From: Minisyncoccota bacterium
GTDB lineage: Bacteria; Patescibacteriota; Minisyncoccia; UBA6257; 2-01-FULL-56-20
DNA: 64,000 nucleotides
NCBI GenBank assembly: GCA_022843285.1
Contig: JALHNY010000002.1
Span: 21,124 to 85,123 of the forward strand
Direction of reading: 5' to 3'
The notes beneath the pieces are model-generated. The model saw nothing but the letters and a program-made list of their open reading frames with translations. It did no database searches and was not told where the DNA came from. A program made the translations under genes and the position numbers. Below are positions 28,333-36,524 of this stretch, one piece after another. Each line of letters opens with the position of its first letter. Positions within the stretch are counted from its first letter, which is position 1.

Positions 28333-28926
28333 ATGGGAAAAGTCATTGGTATTGAACAGTCCCACGCACTCTTGGCTATCTTGGCTCAGAACGTGGATTG
28401 GAGCGCGATTGAAGCGCAAACGGCGCAAGCCATCATCCTCGACCCGAAAGGGGCGGGCGCGAACTTCACGAAGTTCATCCAGCAGGGAGCGCGTGTCCTC
28501 AACGGCACGGGCAAGCTGATGGTTGACTACTCAGTGAAACCGTCGCTCATCTCGCTCGCCGTTGAGAGCCACGTTGACCGTTCGGACATCGCAGAGATAG
28601 ACATCAGCAAGCTCACCCGCGTGCAGATGCTCCGCGACGGAGAAAGCAGCATCTCAGGACACGATTACCTGAAACGCCTCAAAGAAAGCGGCGTGCCGAT
28701 GCTTGATGTCCGCGTGATGGAGGAGCTGCTCAAGCCCGAAAACCAGCACCTCATCCCCGAGGACTGGAAGAAAGGTCTGACCTACTTCTTCGGAACGATT
28801 TATCGCGTCTCGGTCGGCTTCCTCTACGCCCCCTACCTCAACTGGCACGTCGGCGAGTGGTTCTGGGACTACTACTGGCTCGGCCTCGACTGGGACGTCG
28901 GCGAGTTCGGTGCGTCCCTCGCGTAA
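28333..28926 (+). CDS. DGR variable (target) protein; the C-terminal VR in a putative C-type-lectin-like fold ends ...EFGASLA
   Basis: The C-terminal 40 codons are near-identical to the downstream TR except at TR adenines; no signal peptide. Confidence 0.85.
   Translation: MGKVIGIEQSHALLAILAQNVDWSAIEAQTAQAIILDPKGAGANFTKFIQQGARVLNGTGKLMVDYSVKPSLISLAVESHVDRSDIAEIDISKLTRVQMLRDGESSISGHDYLKRLKESGVPMLDVRVMEELLKPENQHLIPEDWKKGLTYFFGTIYRVSVGFLYAPYLNWHVGEWFWDYYWLGLDWDVGEFGASLA
28803..28923 (+). repeat. DGR variable region (VR)
   Basis: 121-nt alignment to TR 29264-29384 with 21 mismatches; 20 fall at TR adenines; GC-rich 3' IMH-like end ggtgcgtccctcgcg. Confidence 0.85.
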
Positions 28927-28980
28927 TCCCTCCGACCTCATTTCGCTTAGTAAGTTCGGGACCTTTGTCCCTTTGGATTT

Positions 28981-29020
28981 CACCCCTGTTCGGTTCTACC
29001 GCAGGGGTGATTTATATTTC
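28981..29020 (+). terminator. stem-loop plus T-rich tract downstream of the VR (terminator or DGR-associated hairpin)
   Basis: cacccctg ttcggttctaccg caggggtg followed by atttatattt; a smaller hairpin gggac cttt gtccc lies at 28958-28971. Confidence 0.5.
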
Positions 29021-29263
29021 AGGCCTTGCGTGATACCGTCGGGTCGGACAGTAGGCCCGCGTGCCCGCGGCTACGGTTGCGGACAGCCGAGCTCCGAGAG
29101 CCCTGGAGGTGGAATGTCGCGGGGTACGCCTCGCGCCAGCGCCCTGCCTGGCACTCAAAAAGAAATCTAAATCGGTGCAGGACGCTATGGGATTACTATC
29201 CCGAATACGATGCAGCCCCGAGAGCATTCAAGGGGCGGTGGCACTGGCGGCATCCTGTACAGT

Positions 29264-29384
29264 TCGCAACTCGGACGGCAACCTCTACGCCCCGTACCTC
29301 AACTGGAACGACGGCAAGTGGAACTGGAACTACAACTGGCTCGACAACGACTGGAACGACAACGAGTTCGGTGCGTCCCTCGCA
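29264..29384 (+). repeat. DGR template region (TR), non-coding RNA template
   Basis: Adenine-rich in AAC codons (in-frame reading ...NLYAPYLNWNDGKWNWNYNWLDNDWNDNEFGASLA); the cognate of the VR. Confidence 0.85.
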
Positions 29385-29416
29385 ATCTGGATTTCTCCTC
29401 CCGCCTGGTTCCCCAA

Positions 29417-29716
29417 TCAGGCGGGAGTTTCCTTACGAGCCACGGCCTGGCGGCTCCAGCCGCCGAGCATCCTGCCTATCTCCGCGAGCGGCTCTGACAG
29501 CGCGACATACTTCTTGTTATCCAGCGCCTTCACCTCCCAGATGAGCTGGAGGAAGAACTTGAGGAGGTCCAGCTTGGCGATGGCCCGACCGAGGACCGCC
29601 GCCTTCTGCTCCTTCGGCGCGTAGCTGGCGACGAACACCAGCTCAATCGTGTCGGCGAACACCGCGTCTATCTTCTCGCCCAGGGTGTAGCGAGCGGTCT
29701 TCGGGATGTGGGGCAC
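29417..29716 (-). CDS. avd: Avd-like accessory variability determinant (four-helix-bundle protein family)
   Basis: 99 aa, helical; C-terminal ...YVALSEPLAEIGRMLGGW resembles the conserved ...IGKMLxGW end of four-helix-bundle/Avd proteins; lies between TR and RT on the opposite strand. Confidence 0.5.
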   Translation of the reverse strand: MPHIPKTARYTLGEKIDAVFADTIELVFVASYAPKEQKAAVLGRAIAKLDLLKFFLQLIWEVKALDNKKYVALSEPLAEIGRMLGGWSRQAVARKETPA

Positions 29717-29775
29717 GAACTCGTGCCACTGCTTGTAAGCCGATACCAGGTGCTGGATTATCGGGATATTACTGC

Positions 29776-29786
29776 GGGGGGGGGGG
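29776..29786. repeat. G11 homopolymeric tract in the avd-RT divergent intergenic region
   Basis: gcGGGGGGGGGGGcg at 29776-29786. Confidence 0.9.
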
Positions 29787-29805
29787 CGTTCTAAGAACAG
29801 TCATT

Positions 29806-30804
29806 ATGAGAAGTCAGTTACCCATTACCTACGACGACATCACGAGCGCAGAGAACCTCTTGAGCGCGTGGGGCGAGTTCGTGCGTGGGAAGCGGGCTAA
29901 GAAGGATGTACAGGATTTTTCGTTCCGCCTGATGGACAACATAATGCAACTAAGGAGCGAACTCGTCAATATGCAGTACGAGCACGGCCCCTACGAGGCG
30001 TTCAACATATCCGACCCCAAGCCGCGGAGCATCCATAAGGCCTCCGTGCGCGACAGGCTGCTGCACCACGCCATCTACCGCCAGCTCTATCCCTTCTTTG
30101 ACCGCACCTTCATCGCCCAGTCCTACTCGTGCCGCAACGAGAAAGGGGCGCACAAGGCGATGGACACCTTCCGCTCTTACGCCTACGACGTGAGCCACAA
30201 CCACACGCGGACCTGCTGGGTGCTCAAGTGCGACATCCGCAAGTTCTTCGCCAGCGTGGACCAGGCCGTTCTCCTTGAGGTGCTGCGAGCCTACATCCCT
30301 GACCCCAAAATCCTCTGGCTCCTGGAGCGCGTCGTAGGGAGCTTCAACTCAGGCAGGGAAGGCAGGGGACTGCCGCTTGGCAACCTCACCTCGCAGCTCC
30401 TGGTGAACATCTATATGAACGAGTTTGACCAGTTCGCCAAGCACGGCCTCAAGGCGCGTCGCTATCTGCGCTATGCGGACGACTTCACCTTCCTCTCGGA
30501 CGACAGGCAGGAGCTCGTGGACCTGATACCGCGCATCAGCGAGTTTCTAAGGGAACGGCTCAAGCTGGAGCTGCATCCCGACAAGCTGTTTATCAAGACC
30601 TTCGCCTCGGGCGTGGACTTCCTTGGCTGGGTGCATTTCCCCGACCACCGCGTGCTGCGGACCGTTACCAAGCGGCGAGCGCTCAAGGGCTTCAAGAGCA
30701 AGCCGACCCCAGGGACACGCGCCTCCTACCTCGGCCTCCTGACGCACGGCAACGCCCACAAGCTCTCGCGGACACTGACACCTGCGCCTACTCCAGAGCA
30801 GTGA
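29806..30804 (+). CDS. DGR reverse transcriptase
   Basis: RT motifs: GLPLGNLTSQLLVNIYMNEFD (LGxxxSQ typical of DGR RTs), YADD box RYADDFTFL; 332 aa. Confidence 0.9.
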   Translation: MRSQLPITYDDITSAENLLSAWGEFVRGKRAKKDVQDFSFRLMDNIMQLRSELVNMQYEHGPYEAFNISDPKPRSIHKASVRDRLLHHAIYRQLYPFFDRTFIAQSYSCRNEKGAHKAMDTFRSYAYDVSHNHTRTCWVLKCDIRKFFASVDQAVLLEVLRAYIPDPKILWLLERVVGSFNSGREGRGLPLGNLTSQLLVNIYMNEFDQFAKHGLKARRYLRYADDFTFLSDDRQELVDLIPRISEFLRERLKLELHPDKLFIKTFASGVDFLGWVHFPDHRVLRTVTKRRALKGFKSKPTPGTRASYLGLLTHGNAHKLSRTLTPAPTPEQ

Positions 30805-31081
30805 GCGCGAGGGCGGGGTAAATCACGCGACGGCCTGGCGGAAGTAAAAGAGGGACTTTCCAGAGAGCAAAGCGGTTCTAACTTCGTCCAGTCCGCGGAG
30901 CCAGTTAGCCGAATTCGGGCAAGAATATCGTCAAAACCGTTCTTAGCTTCATATTTCACAAGTGTTTTGTTTGTGAGGACTAGTTCGGTAAATAGCAAAG
31001 TCGCGATTTCGTTTCGCTCGCTGTCCAGGAGTAGACTGAGTTTTTCCTAAAGTGCAATAAGCTAAAATAGACCACATTGCC

Positions 31082-31825
31082 ATGGGTACCTGGGGAACGT
31101 CACTCTTTTCCGACGACACCGCTTCCGATGTTCGCGGTGACTTCAGGGACTACCTCGGAGACGGCAAATCGACCGAGGAGGCGACCCAGCTCATCCTGAA
31201 AGACTACGAAGGGTACGTGGATGACCCGGACGACGGCCCCGTATTCTGGCTTGCTCTCGCGAGCACGCAGTGGAAACTCGGCCGGCTGCTGGACTGGGTC
31301 AGGGACCGGGCCATCCAGGTCATCGATGCTGGCGCCGACCTGGAACAGTGGGCAGCGGACAACCCCAAGGACCTGCCCAAGCGTAAGGCCGTGCTCGAGA
31401 AGCTGCGGGCGGAGCTGCTGTCTCCGCAGCCCGCGCCAAAGAAGGTCGCCAAGAGGTACCGGGATACCACTCCCTTCGAGGTGGGCGACGTCATCAGCTA
31501 CCGGACCAGGGCGGGCAAATTCGTGCTGTTTCGTGTCATCGGTCACCACGAGGACAAGGGTGGCAGGTCACCCGTGGCGGAGCTCCTGGACTGGGTTGGT
31601 GAGCGCTCTCCCGAGGAGAAAGAAATTCGCAAGATGAAACCCTTGCAGCACCCCGTGTGGGGCAGCAAGATGCTCCTGGGAGCGGTTTCCGCGAGAGAGT
31701 ACCCCGCGGATCGCGTAAGCTTGGTCATGAAGGGCAGTAAGCCGGCACAGAAAATGGGGAGACATTTTGTTGAGCTCTGGCGTGGACTCGATGACTCCCT
31801 TGAACGTCAATATGGGATCCAGTAG
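31082..31825 (+). CDS. hypothetical protein (MGTWGT... N-terminus, DUF4259-like)
   Basis: 247 aa; high-GC codon usage resumes. Confidence 0.55.
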   Translation: MGTWGTSLFSDDTASDVRGDFRDYLGDGKSTEEATQLILKDYEGYVDDPDDGPVFWLALASTQWKLGRLLDWVRDRAIQVIDAGADLEQWAADNPKDLPKRKAVLEKLRAELLSPQPAPKKVAKRYRDTTPFEVGDVISYRTRAGKFVLFRVIGHHEDKGGRSPVAELLDWVGERSPEEKEIRKMKPLQHPVWGSKMLLGAVSAREYPADRVSLVMKGSKPAQKMGRHFVELWRGLDDSLERQYGIQ

Positions 31826-32159
31826 CTTTTTTAAGAAGACGCCATCAGTCGCGCCGGAAGAGGCGATCTTGATCTACCTCGACGCCTACAGTCTTCCGCA
31901 GGAGGTGTACGACGAGAATGACCTCGAGACCCTCGAGAGTCGCCTCGAGGAAGTCATCAGTGGCAGTGAGGGTTTGGGCGAGTACGATGGCAATGAGTTC
32001 CGCCCCAAGGAGGTCGTTCTGTTCATGTACGGTCCCGATGCCGAAGCTCTCTTCAGTGCGATTGAGCCAACGCTCAGGGACTACCCGCTGTGCAAGGGTG
32101 CGCGCGTGCAGATCCGGAAGGGTCCTCCAGGTTCGGCAGAGCGTGAGGTGAGGCTCTGA
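31812..32159 (+). CDS. hypothetical protein
   Basis: 115 aa from MGSSSFFKK...; overlaps the previous stop by 14 nt; a strong hairpin cagctgggct-gacacgtgt-agcccagctg at 32164-32192 follows. Confidence 0.45.
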   Translation: MGSSSFFKKTPSVAPEEAILIYLDAYSLPQEVYDENDLETLESRLEEVISGSEGLGEYDGNEFRPKEVVLFMYGPDAEALFSAIEPTLRDYPLCKGARVQIRKGPPGSAEREVRL

Positions 32160-32334
32160 TTTCAGCTGGGCTGACACGTGTAGCCCAGCTGCCCCATCCT
32201 CTCGAGGCTAGCAAGCAGGAGCGGTGCCCGGTTGTAGAGTTCGGAAAATAGGATAACGGGGGAGCCAACACTTCTTAGCCGCTGCTGCAGAGTGGCACGT
32301 CGAGCTTTTTGCTCTTTAGCGTCATACTTACCAG

Positions 32335-32895
32335 GTGAAAGAAACACTGGCGGTTGCCGCCGCGCTACTGGCCATTGCGGGCAACGTGCCGTACATCCGC
32401 GACGTGCTCCGCGGGCGCGTGCAGCCCCACGCGTACACGTGGCTGGTGTGGACCCTCGTCACGGGAATCACGTTCTTCGGCCAGCTCGCCAAGGGCGCGG
32501 GAGTGGGTGCGCTGCCGACGTTAGCGTCGGGGCTTTTCACCGTCGCCATCTTTTCTCTCTCGCTCCGCTACGGCTTCAAGAACCCTACCCGCAGCGACCG
32601 CGCCTTCCTCGCCGTCGCGCTCGCCGGCCTCGTCCCGTGGGTGCTCACCAGCGACCCGACCTGGTCCGTGGTCATAGCCGTCGGCATTGACCTCGTCGCC
32701 TTCGTGCCCACGCTGCGCAAGACCTGGCGAGCGCCCACGACCGAGACGCCGCTCCTGTACGCCATGAACATCGCGCGGCACGTGCTGGCGCTCTTCTCTC
32801 TCCAGGCGTACAACGTCGCGACCGTGCTGCACTCTGCCGCCATGATCGTGACTAATGCGCTCATGACCGCCTTCATCCTGCGGCGTGGGCGCTAG
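32335..32895 (+). CDS. hypothetical membrane protein
   Basis: 186 aa, 5-6 TM helices. Confidence 0.6.
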   Translation: MKETLAVAAALLAIAGNVPYIRDVLRGRVQPHAYTWLVWTLVTGITFFGQLAKGAGVGALPTLASGLFTVAIFSLSLRYGFKNPTRSDRAFLAVALAGLVPWVLTSDPTWSVVIAVGIDLVAFVPTLRKTWRAPTTETPLLYAMNIARHVLALFSLQAYNVATVLHSAAMIVTNALMTAFILRRGR

Positions 32896-33137
32896 CGGTG
32901 CGGGCAGCCCGCCCAGCAGCACGGCCGCCTTTGCCCCGCTGCCAGCTCTTCGCGGGTGCGCCGGACTCTCCGCTCTCTAGTCTCAGGTCGCTTGGGAGAG
33001 ATCACCCAGCAGATCCACTCGTTGCGCGCGAGGGGAGTGATGTTTTCCCACGCGGTGAGCATGGCAACATTCGCGAGGAGCGCCCTGCGCAGATCTTCTG
33101 GCAGGTCGTGCGCCACGCCTCTCGACACTCTTCCCAT
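32892..33137 (-). CDS. YdeI/OmpD-associated family (bacteriocin-protection-like) small protein
   Basis: ...DLPEDLRRALLANVAMLTAWENITPLARNEWICWVISPKRPETRERRVRRTREELAAG matches the family pattern (EY..WI..AK.ETR.RR...L..G). Confidence 0.5.
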   Translation of the reverse strand: MGRVSRGVAHDLPEDLRRALLANVAMLTAWENITPLARNEWICWVISPKRPETRERRVRRTREELAAGQRRPCCWAGCPHR

Positions 33138-33146
33138 GCTCTGATT

Positions 33147-33932
33147 CTAGCGCTTCCCGCGCACCAGCTTCTCCCTGTAGATGATGGAGACCAGCGCGAA
33201 GCTCAGGACTAAGAGCAGGAACCAGGAACCCATCTTGCTGAAGCCCACCAGCTCCCACTGGTCCAGCTGGTTCGGGTACAGCCAGATGCTCGTGAACGTT
33301 CCAATGTTTTCCGCAATCCACACGAAGAGCGCGGTGAGCGCCGCGGTGGCCAGGAACGGCATGCTGCGCTCTTGCCGGTACACCCTGAAGTGCACCTGGG
33401 TCTTCCAGAAGAGGACGAGTACGTACGCGAAGAGGACGTAGCGGATGTCGAAGAGGTAGTGGTGCGTGAAGAAGTTCACGTAGATGAGCGTCGCCAGGAC
33501 CCAGAGGTGCACGTGCGAGGGGAAGTTCTCGTACGAGAGCCTCAGGAAGGTGAACGCGCGTGAGATGTAGCTGCCGATTGCCGAGTACAGGAAGCCGGTG
33601 AAGAGCGGCACGGTGCCGAGCACGAAGGTCCCGCTCGCGAGCCCCGGGTACGACCAGGATCCAATCTGCGGGTTCGTCTTGAAGAGTTCCATGCCGGTCG
33701 CGAGCACGTGGAAGATGAGAATGACGAGAAACTCGCGCGGCTTCTCGAACCGGAAGAGGAGCGCGCACGCCTGGAACGCGATGGCACACAGGAAGATGAA
33801 GTCGTACCGGCTGATGAGGGGGACGGTGACGACCTCCGTGAGCAGGAACACCCCGAGGAGGAACGCGCCGAAGTAGCTCGCGCGCAGGTTGGCGAGGAAG
33901 AAGTGCCAGAGCTCGGCGAGGCGCTCTCTCAT
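33147..33932 (-). CDS. polytopic membrane protein (DUF817-like)
   Basis: 261 aa, 7-8 TM helices. Confidence 0.55.
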   Translation of the reverse strand: MRERLAELWHFFLANLRASYFGAFLLGVFLLTEVVTVPLISRYDFIFLCAIAFQACALLFRFEKPREFLVILIFHVLATGMELFKTNPQIGSWSYPGLASGTFVLGTVPLFTGFLYSAIGSYISRAFTFLRLSYENFPSHVHLWVLATLIYVNFFTHHYLFDIRYVLFAYVLVLFWKTQVHFRVYRQERSMPFLATAALTALFVWIAENIGTFTSIWLYPNQLDQWELVGFSKMGSWFLLLVLSFALVSIIYREKLVRGKR

Positions 33933-34040
33933 GCAGAGCCAGCATAGCGGACACCTGCTTATTAGACATATTCGTTAATTTGTGGTAATATTTTGCCAGC
34001 TAGGATATTCCAACTACCTCAATTGATAAGGAGAAAACGA

Positions 34041-34490
34041 GTGAGACATTTAAACGATAGCGAGCAAGCATTCCTCGAGTACCTCTGCTGGCAGTACCCC
34101 ATTCCCGAATCTGATCCCCACCGCGAGGCGAAGGTCATGTTCAGCGCCATCCAGGCTGCATTCACCAAGAACCACACGCAGCTCGCGGACGAGGAAGTTT
34201 CCATTCCCTGGGAGCTCGCCGCGTACCTCGCAGCCTGCGCGAACACCGCCCTGGAGTACGACGTTGCGGCAGGCATGCCCTGGGATCGCGGTGACCACGA
34301 TCACATCGCCCTGAGGCTCTTCCAAACCTTCGTCAGCACCATCGTCCGCAGCTTCCGCAGCGGAAGCATCACGCGCGATAAAGAGACAGTGAAGGTTGAG
34401 GGGGACGTCGACTACGTCGACCGTGTGAGCTTCGGCTGCCTCACGCTGCCAGACTGGTTCGAGACGGCGTTCGTCTTCCAGGAGTCCTGA
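34041..34490 (+). CDS. hypothetical protein
   Basis: GTG start with aaggaga SD; 149 aa. Confidence 0.5.
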   Translation: MRHLNDSEQAFLEYLCWQYPIPESDPHREAKVMFSAIQAAFTKNHTQLADEEVSIPWELAAYLAACANTALEYDVAAGMPWDRGDHDHIALRLFQTFVSTIVRSFRSGSITRDKETVKVEGDVDYVDRVSFGCLTLPDWFETAFVFQES

Positions 34491-34572
34491 ACCCTAGACA
34501 GTGCCACCCCCCCGCGGGTGGCACTAGCTGTTTTCACACGCGCCACGCCACGTGAAGCGGTACAATGTACGC

Positions 34573-34920
34573 ATGCTCTCCAACCGCCTCGCAGCAGCAG
34601 TGGGCTGGCTCTGCGCCGCGCCGTTCGTGCTGCTCAACTTTCTCGCCGCCAACCAGGTCGAGTCGTTCGCCTCGCTCATCCGCCCCGGGGGAGAGACCTC
34701 CAGCCTGGAGCACCTCATCATCTTCGGATCGGTGCTGCTCATGCTCCTGGGCGGGCTCATCGCGCTCTCTCCAGCCCGGAGCAAGCTGGGCAGGGGGCGC
34801 CTGCCGGTTCTGAACCTCGTCTCGGGCATCCTGCTCATCGCCTTCGCCGTGGCGCTCGGGTACGACCTCGGCATGGAGGCGTACCGCTGTGACGTTCTGG
34901 GCGTGTCCGACTGCGGCTAG
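34573..34920 (+). CDS. hypothetical membrane protein
   Basis: MLSNRLAAAVGWLCAAPFVLLNFLAAN..., 3 TM helices. Confidence 0.5.
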   Translation: MLSNRLAAAVGWLCAAPFVLLNFLAANQVESFASLIRPGGETSSLEHLIIFGSVLLMLLGGLIALSPARSKLGRGRLPVLNLVSGILLIAFAVALGYDLGMEAYRCDVLGVSDCG

Positions 34921-34944
34921 TACTTCTGAGGTACAATCGGGGGT

Positions 34945-35835
34945 ATGCACACCCTCCGCGTGCCACTCGCCGCCCTGCTCGCGATTTTCCTCGCGGCGCC
35001 GGCTAGCGCCGCCCTCGCCGCGGACGCGAGCCCGCAGGTGCAATCTGCCACGGTCAACCTGTACTGCACCGCGAAGGTTGGCCGGCGCACGTACAGCGTC
35101 ACCGGCAGCGGCTCTTTCATCAGCGCCCGCGGCGTCATCCTCACGAACGCGCACGTCGCGCAGCAGTTCCTCTTGCAAGGCGAGGAGGGCGTGGACTGCA
35201 GCGTGCGCACCGGATCACCAGCCAGGGCGACGTACGAAGCTGAGGTTCTGTACATTCCGCCGCAGTGGCTCGCGACCAGCATCAGCAGGGTGACCGGGAG
35301 CGGGGAGAACGACTTCGCCCTCCTGCACGTCACGGGTGCGGCTCGCGGCGTGACAATCCCGCAGCAGTTCCCGGCGCTCCCGCTCGATGCCCTCTCCGCC
35401 CTCGCCGAGGGGGACGAGGTGGCAGTCTCCTCGTACCCGACCGGGAGGCTCAACTTCAACGGCGTGAAGAGCAAGCTCCGCCAGGCGTTCGATGAGAGCT
35501 CGGTGCTCAACGTCCAGGGGTACACGCGCTTTCGCTTCGATGACCTCATCACGCTCGCCCCGTTCCCGTCCGGCGGCCCCGGCGCGTCCGGCGGCCCCGT
35601 GCTCGATGCTGACGGCGAGGTGGCGGGGCTCGTCATGGGCGTCAGCACCGCGCGCCGGAACCCCACCGTGCGCATCCTGACGCTGCCGTACGTGAACCGC
35701 GCGATCACGCTCCAGACGGGGAGGTCGCTCCCGGCTATTCTCGCCGAGGACTTCGGGGTGCGCTCACGCGTGACCCGCATCTTCGTGACCGACGACGTGC
35801 TGGCCGAGATTTCTCGGGCTTTCCGGGGGCGCTGA
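34945..35835 (+). CDS. secreted trypsin-like (S1 family) serine protease
   Basis: Signal peptide; His motif ILTNAHVAQQ; Ser motif GGPGASGGPVLDADGEVAGLVMG. Confidence 0.8.
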   Translation: MHTLRVPLAALLAIFLAAPASAALAADASPQVQSATVNLYCTAKVGRRTYSVTGSGSFISARGVILTNAHVAQQFLLQGEEGVDCSVRTGSPARATYEAEVLYIPPQWLATSISRVTGSGENDFALLHVTGAARGVTIPQQFPALPLDALSALAEGDEVAVSSYPTGRLNFNGVKSKLRQAFDESSVLNVQGYTRFRFDDLITLAPFPSGGPGASGGPVLDADGEVAGLVMGVSTARRNPTVRILTLPYVNRAITLQTGRSLPAILAEDFGVRSRVTRIFVTDDVLAEISRAFRGR

Positions 35836-35878
35836 GGCTCCGGGTGTATACTGGTAGCGGATTCAGCCCACCACTACC

Positions 35879-36406
35879 ATGCACACCATTTTCAAAAAGG
35901 CTACCGTTTTTCTGGTCGTGCTGGCGATCGCGTTCGGCGCCTTTGGCGCTCCGAACCTGAACGCCGCACGCGCCTCTGAGAACGGCGGCTCCGCTCAAAT
36001 TTCTGAGGAGCAGCTCATCAAGCTGCTCACCCAGCTCATCTCGATGCTGCAAGAGCAGCTCCGCATTCTCCAGGAGCAGTCTGGCGATGATGACTCCAGG
36101 CGTGGCCTCACCGAGGCAGAGGCAGAGATCTTCACCAACGAGACGCTCGTCAAGATTGAGCTCAACGGCAAGAAAACCATTTTCTCAACCACGGCTACCA
36201 GCCGCGATGATATCATTGACGAGATTGTGAGCCGCTACGACCTCTCGGAGGCAACCGTCAGCAGCGTCCTGACCGTCGAAGAGGAGGATCGCGCCAGCAG
36301 GGACAGCGATCGCGATTGGGCAGACGATGATGACGAAGACGAAGATGACGAAGATGAGGATGAGGATGAGGATGAGGATGAGGATGACGAGGATGAAGAC
36401 GATTAG
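35879..36406 (+). CDS. secreted protein with a poly-acidic (D/E repeat) C-terminus
   Basis: Signal peptide MHTIFKKATVFLVVLAIAFGAFGAPNLNA; a (gat/gag) trinucleotide repeat encodes DDDEDEDDEDEDEDEDEDEDDEDEDD. Confidence 0.7.
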   Translation: MHTIFKKATVFLVVLAIAFGAFGAPNLNAARASENGGSAQISEEQLIKLLTQLISMLQEQLRILQEQSGDDDSRRGLTEAEAEIFTNETLVKIELNGKKTIFSTTATSRDDIIDEIVSRYDLSEATVSSVLTVEEEDRASRDSDRDWADDDDEDEDDEDEDEDEDEDEDDEDEDD

Positions 36407-36426
36407 CTAACACCGTGGAACGGTGT

Positions 36427-36460
36427 GGGGGCGTCCGATTCGGACGCCCCCGCTTGCTTT
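36427..36460 (+). terminator. rho-independent terminator
   Basis: gggggcgtccg att cggacgccccc (11-bp stem) followed by gcttgcttt. Confidence 0.6.
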
Positions 36461-36524
36461 CCCGCTGATTTCAAGGATACTCAGTCCGGCTTCGGCTTAA
36501 TCCAAATAACTTTTGAGGAGATTT

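Larger units (their letters stand above)
15234..31000. mobile_element. integrated genomic island/integrative element at the tRNA-Asn 3' end (recombinases, Type III R-M, DGR, unknown cargo)
   Basis: GC drops from about 68% to about 50-58% directly after the tRNA; a serine recombinase overlaps the tRNA 3' end and a tyrosine integrase lies adjacent; the right boundary is only approximate (AT-rich noncoding 30805-31080). Confidence 0.65.

Noticed and set aside
29061-29624. 187-aa plus-strand ORF covering the TR
   Set aside because: Its in-frame Asn-rich segment is the DGR template repeat read as protein; the TR is a non-coding template and the ORF overlaps the Avd-like gene
30880-30905. Possible attR: weak similarity (tccagtccgcggagcca) to the tRNA-Asn 3' end (atcctaccgccggagca)
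   Set aside because: Too degenerate to call by eye; needs alignment against an uninserted site
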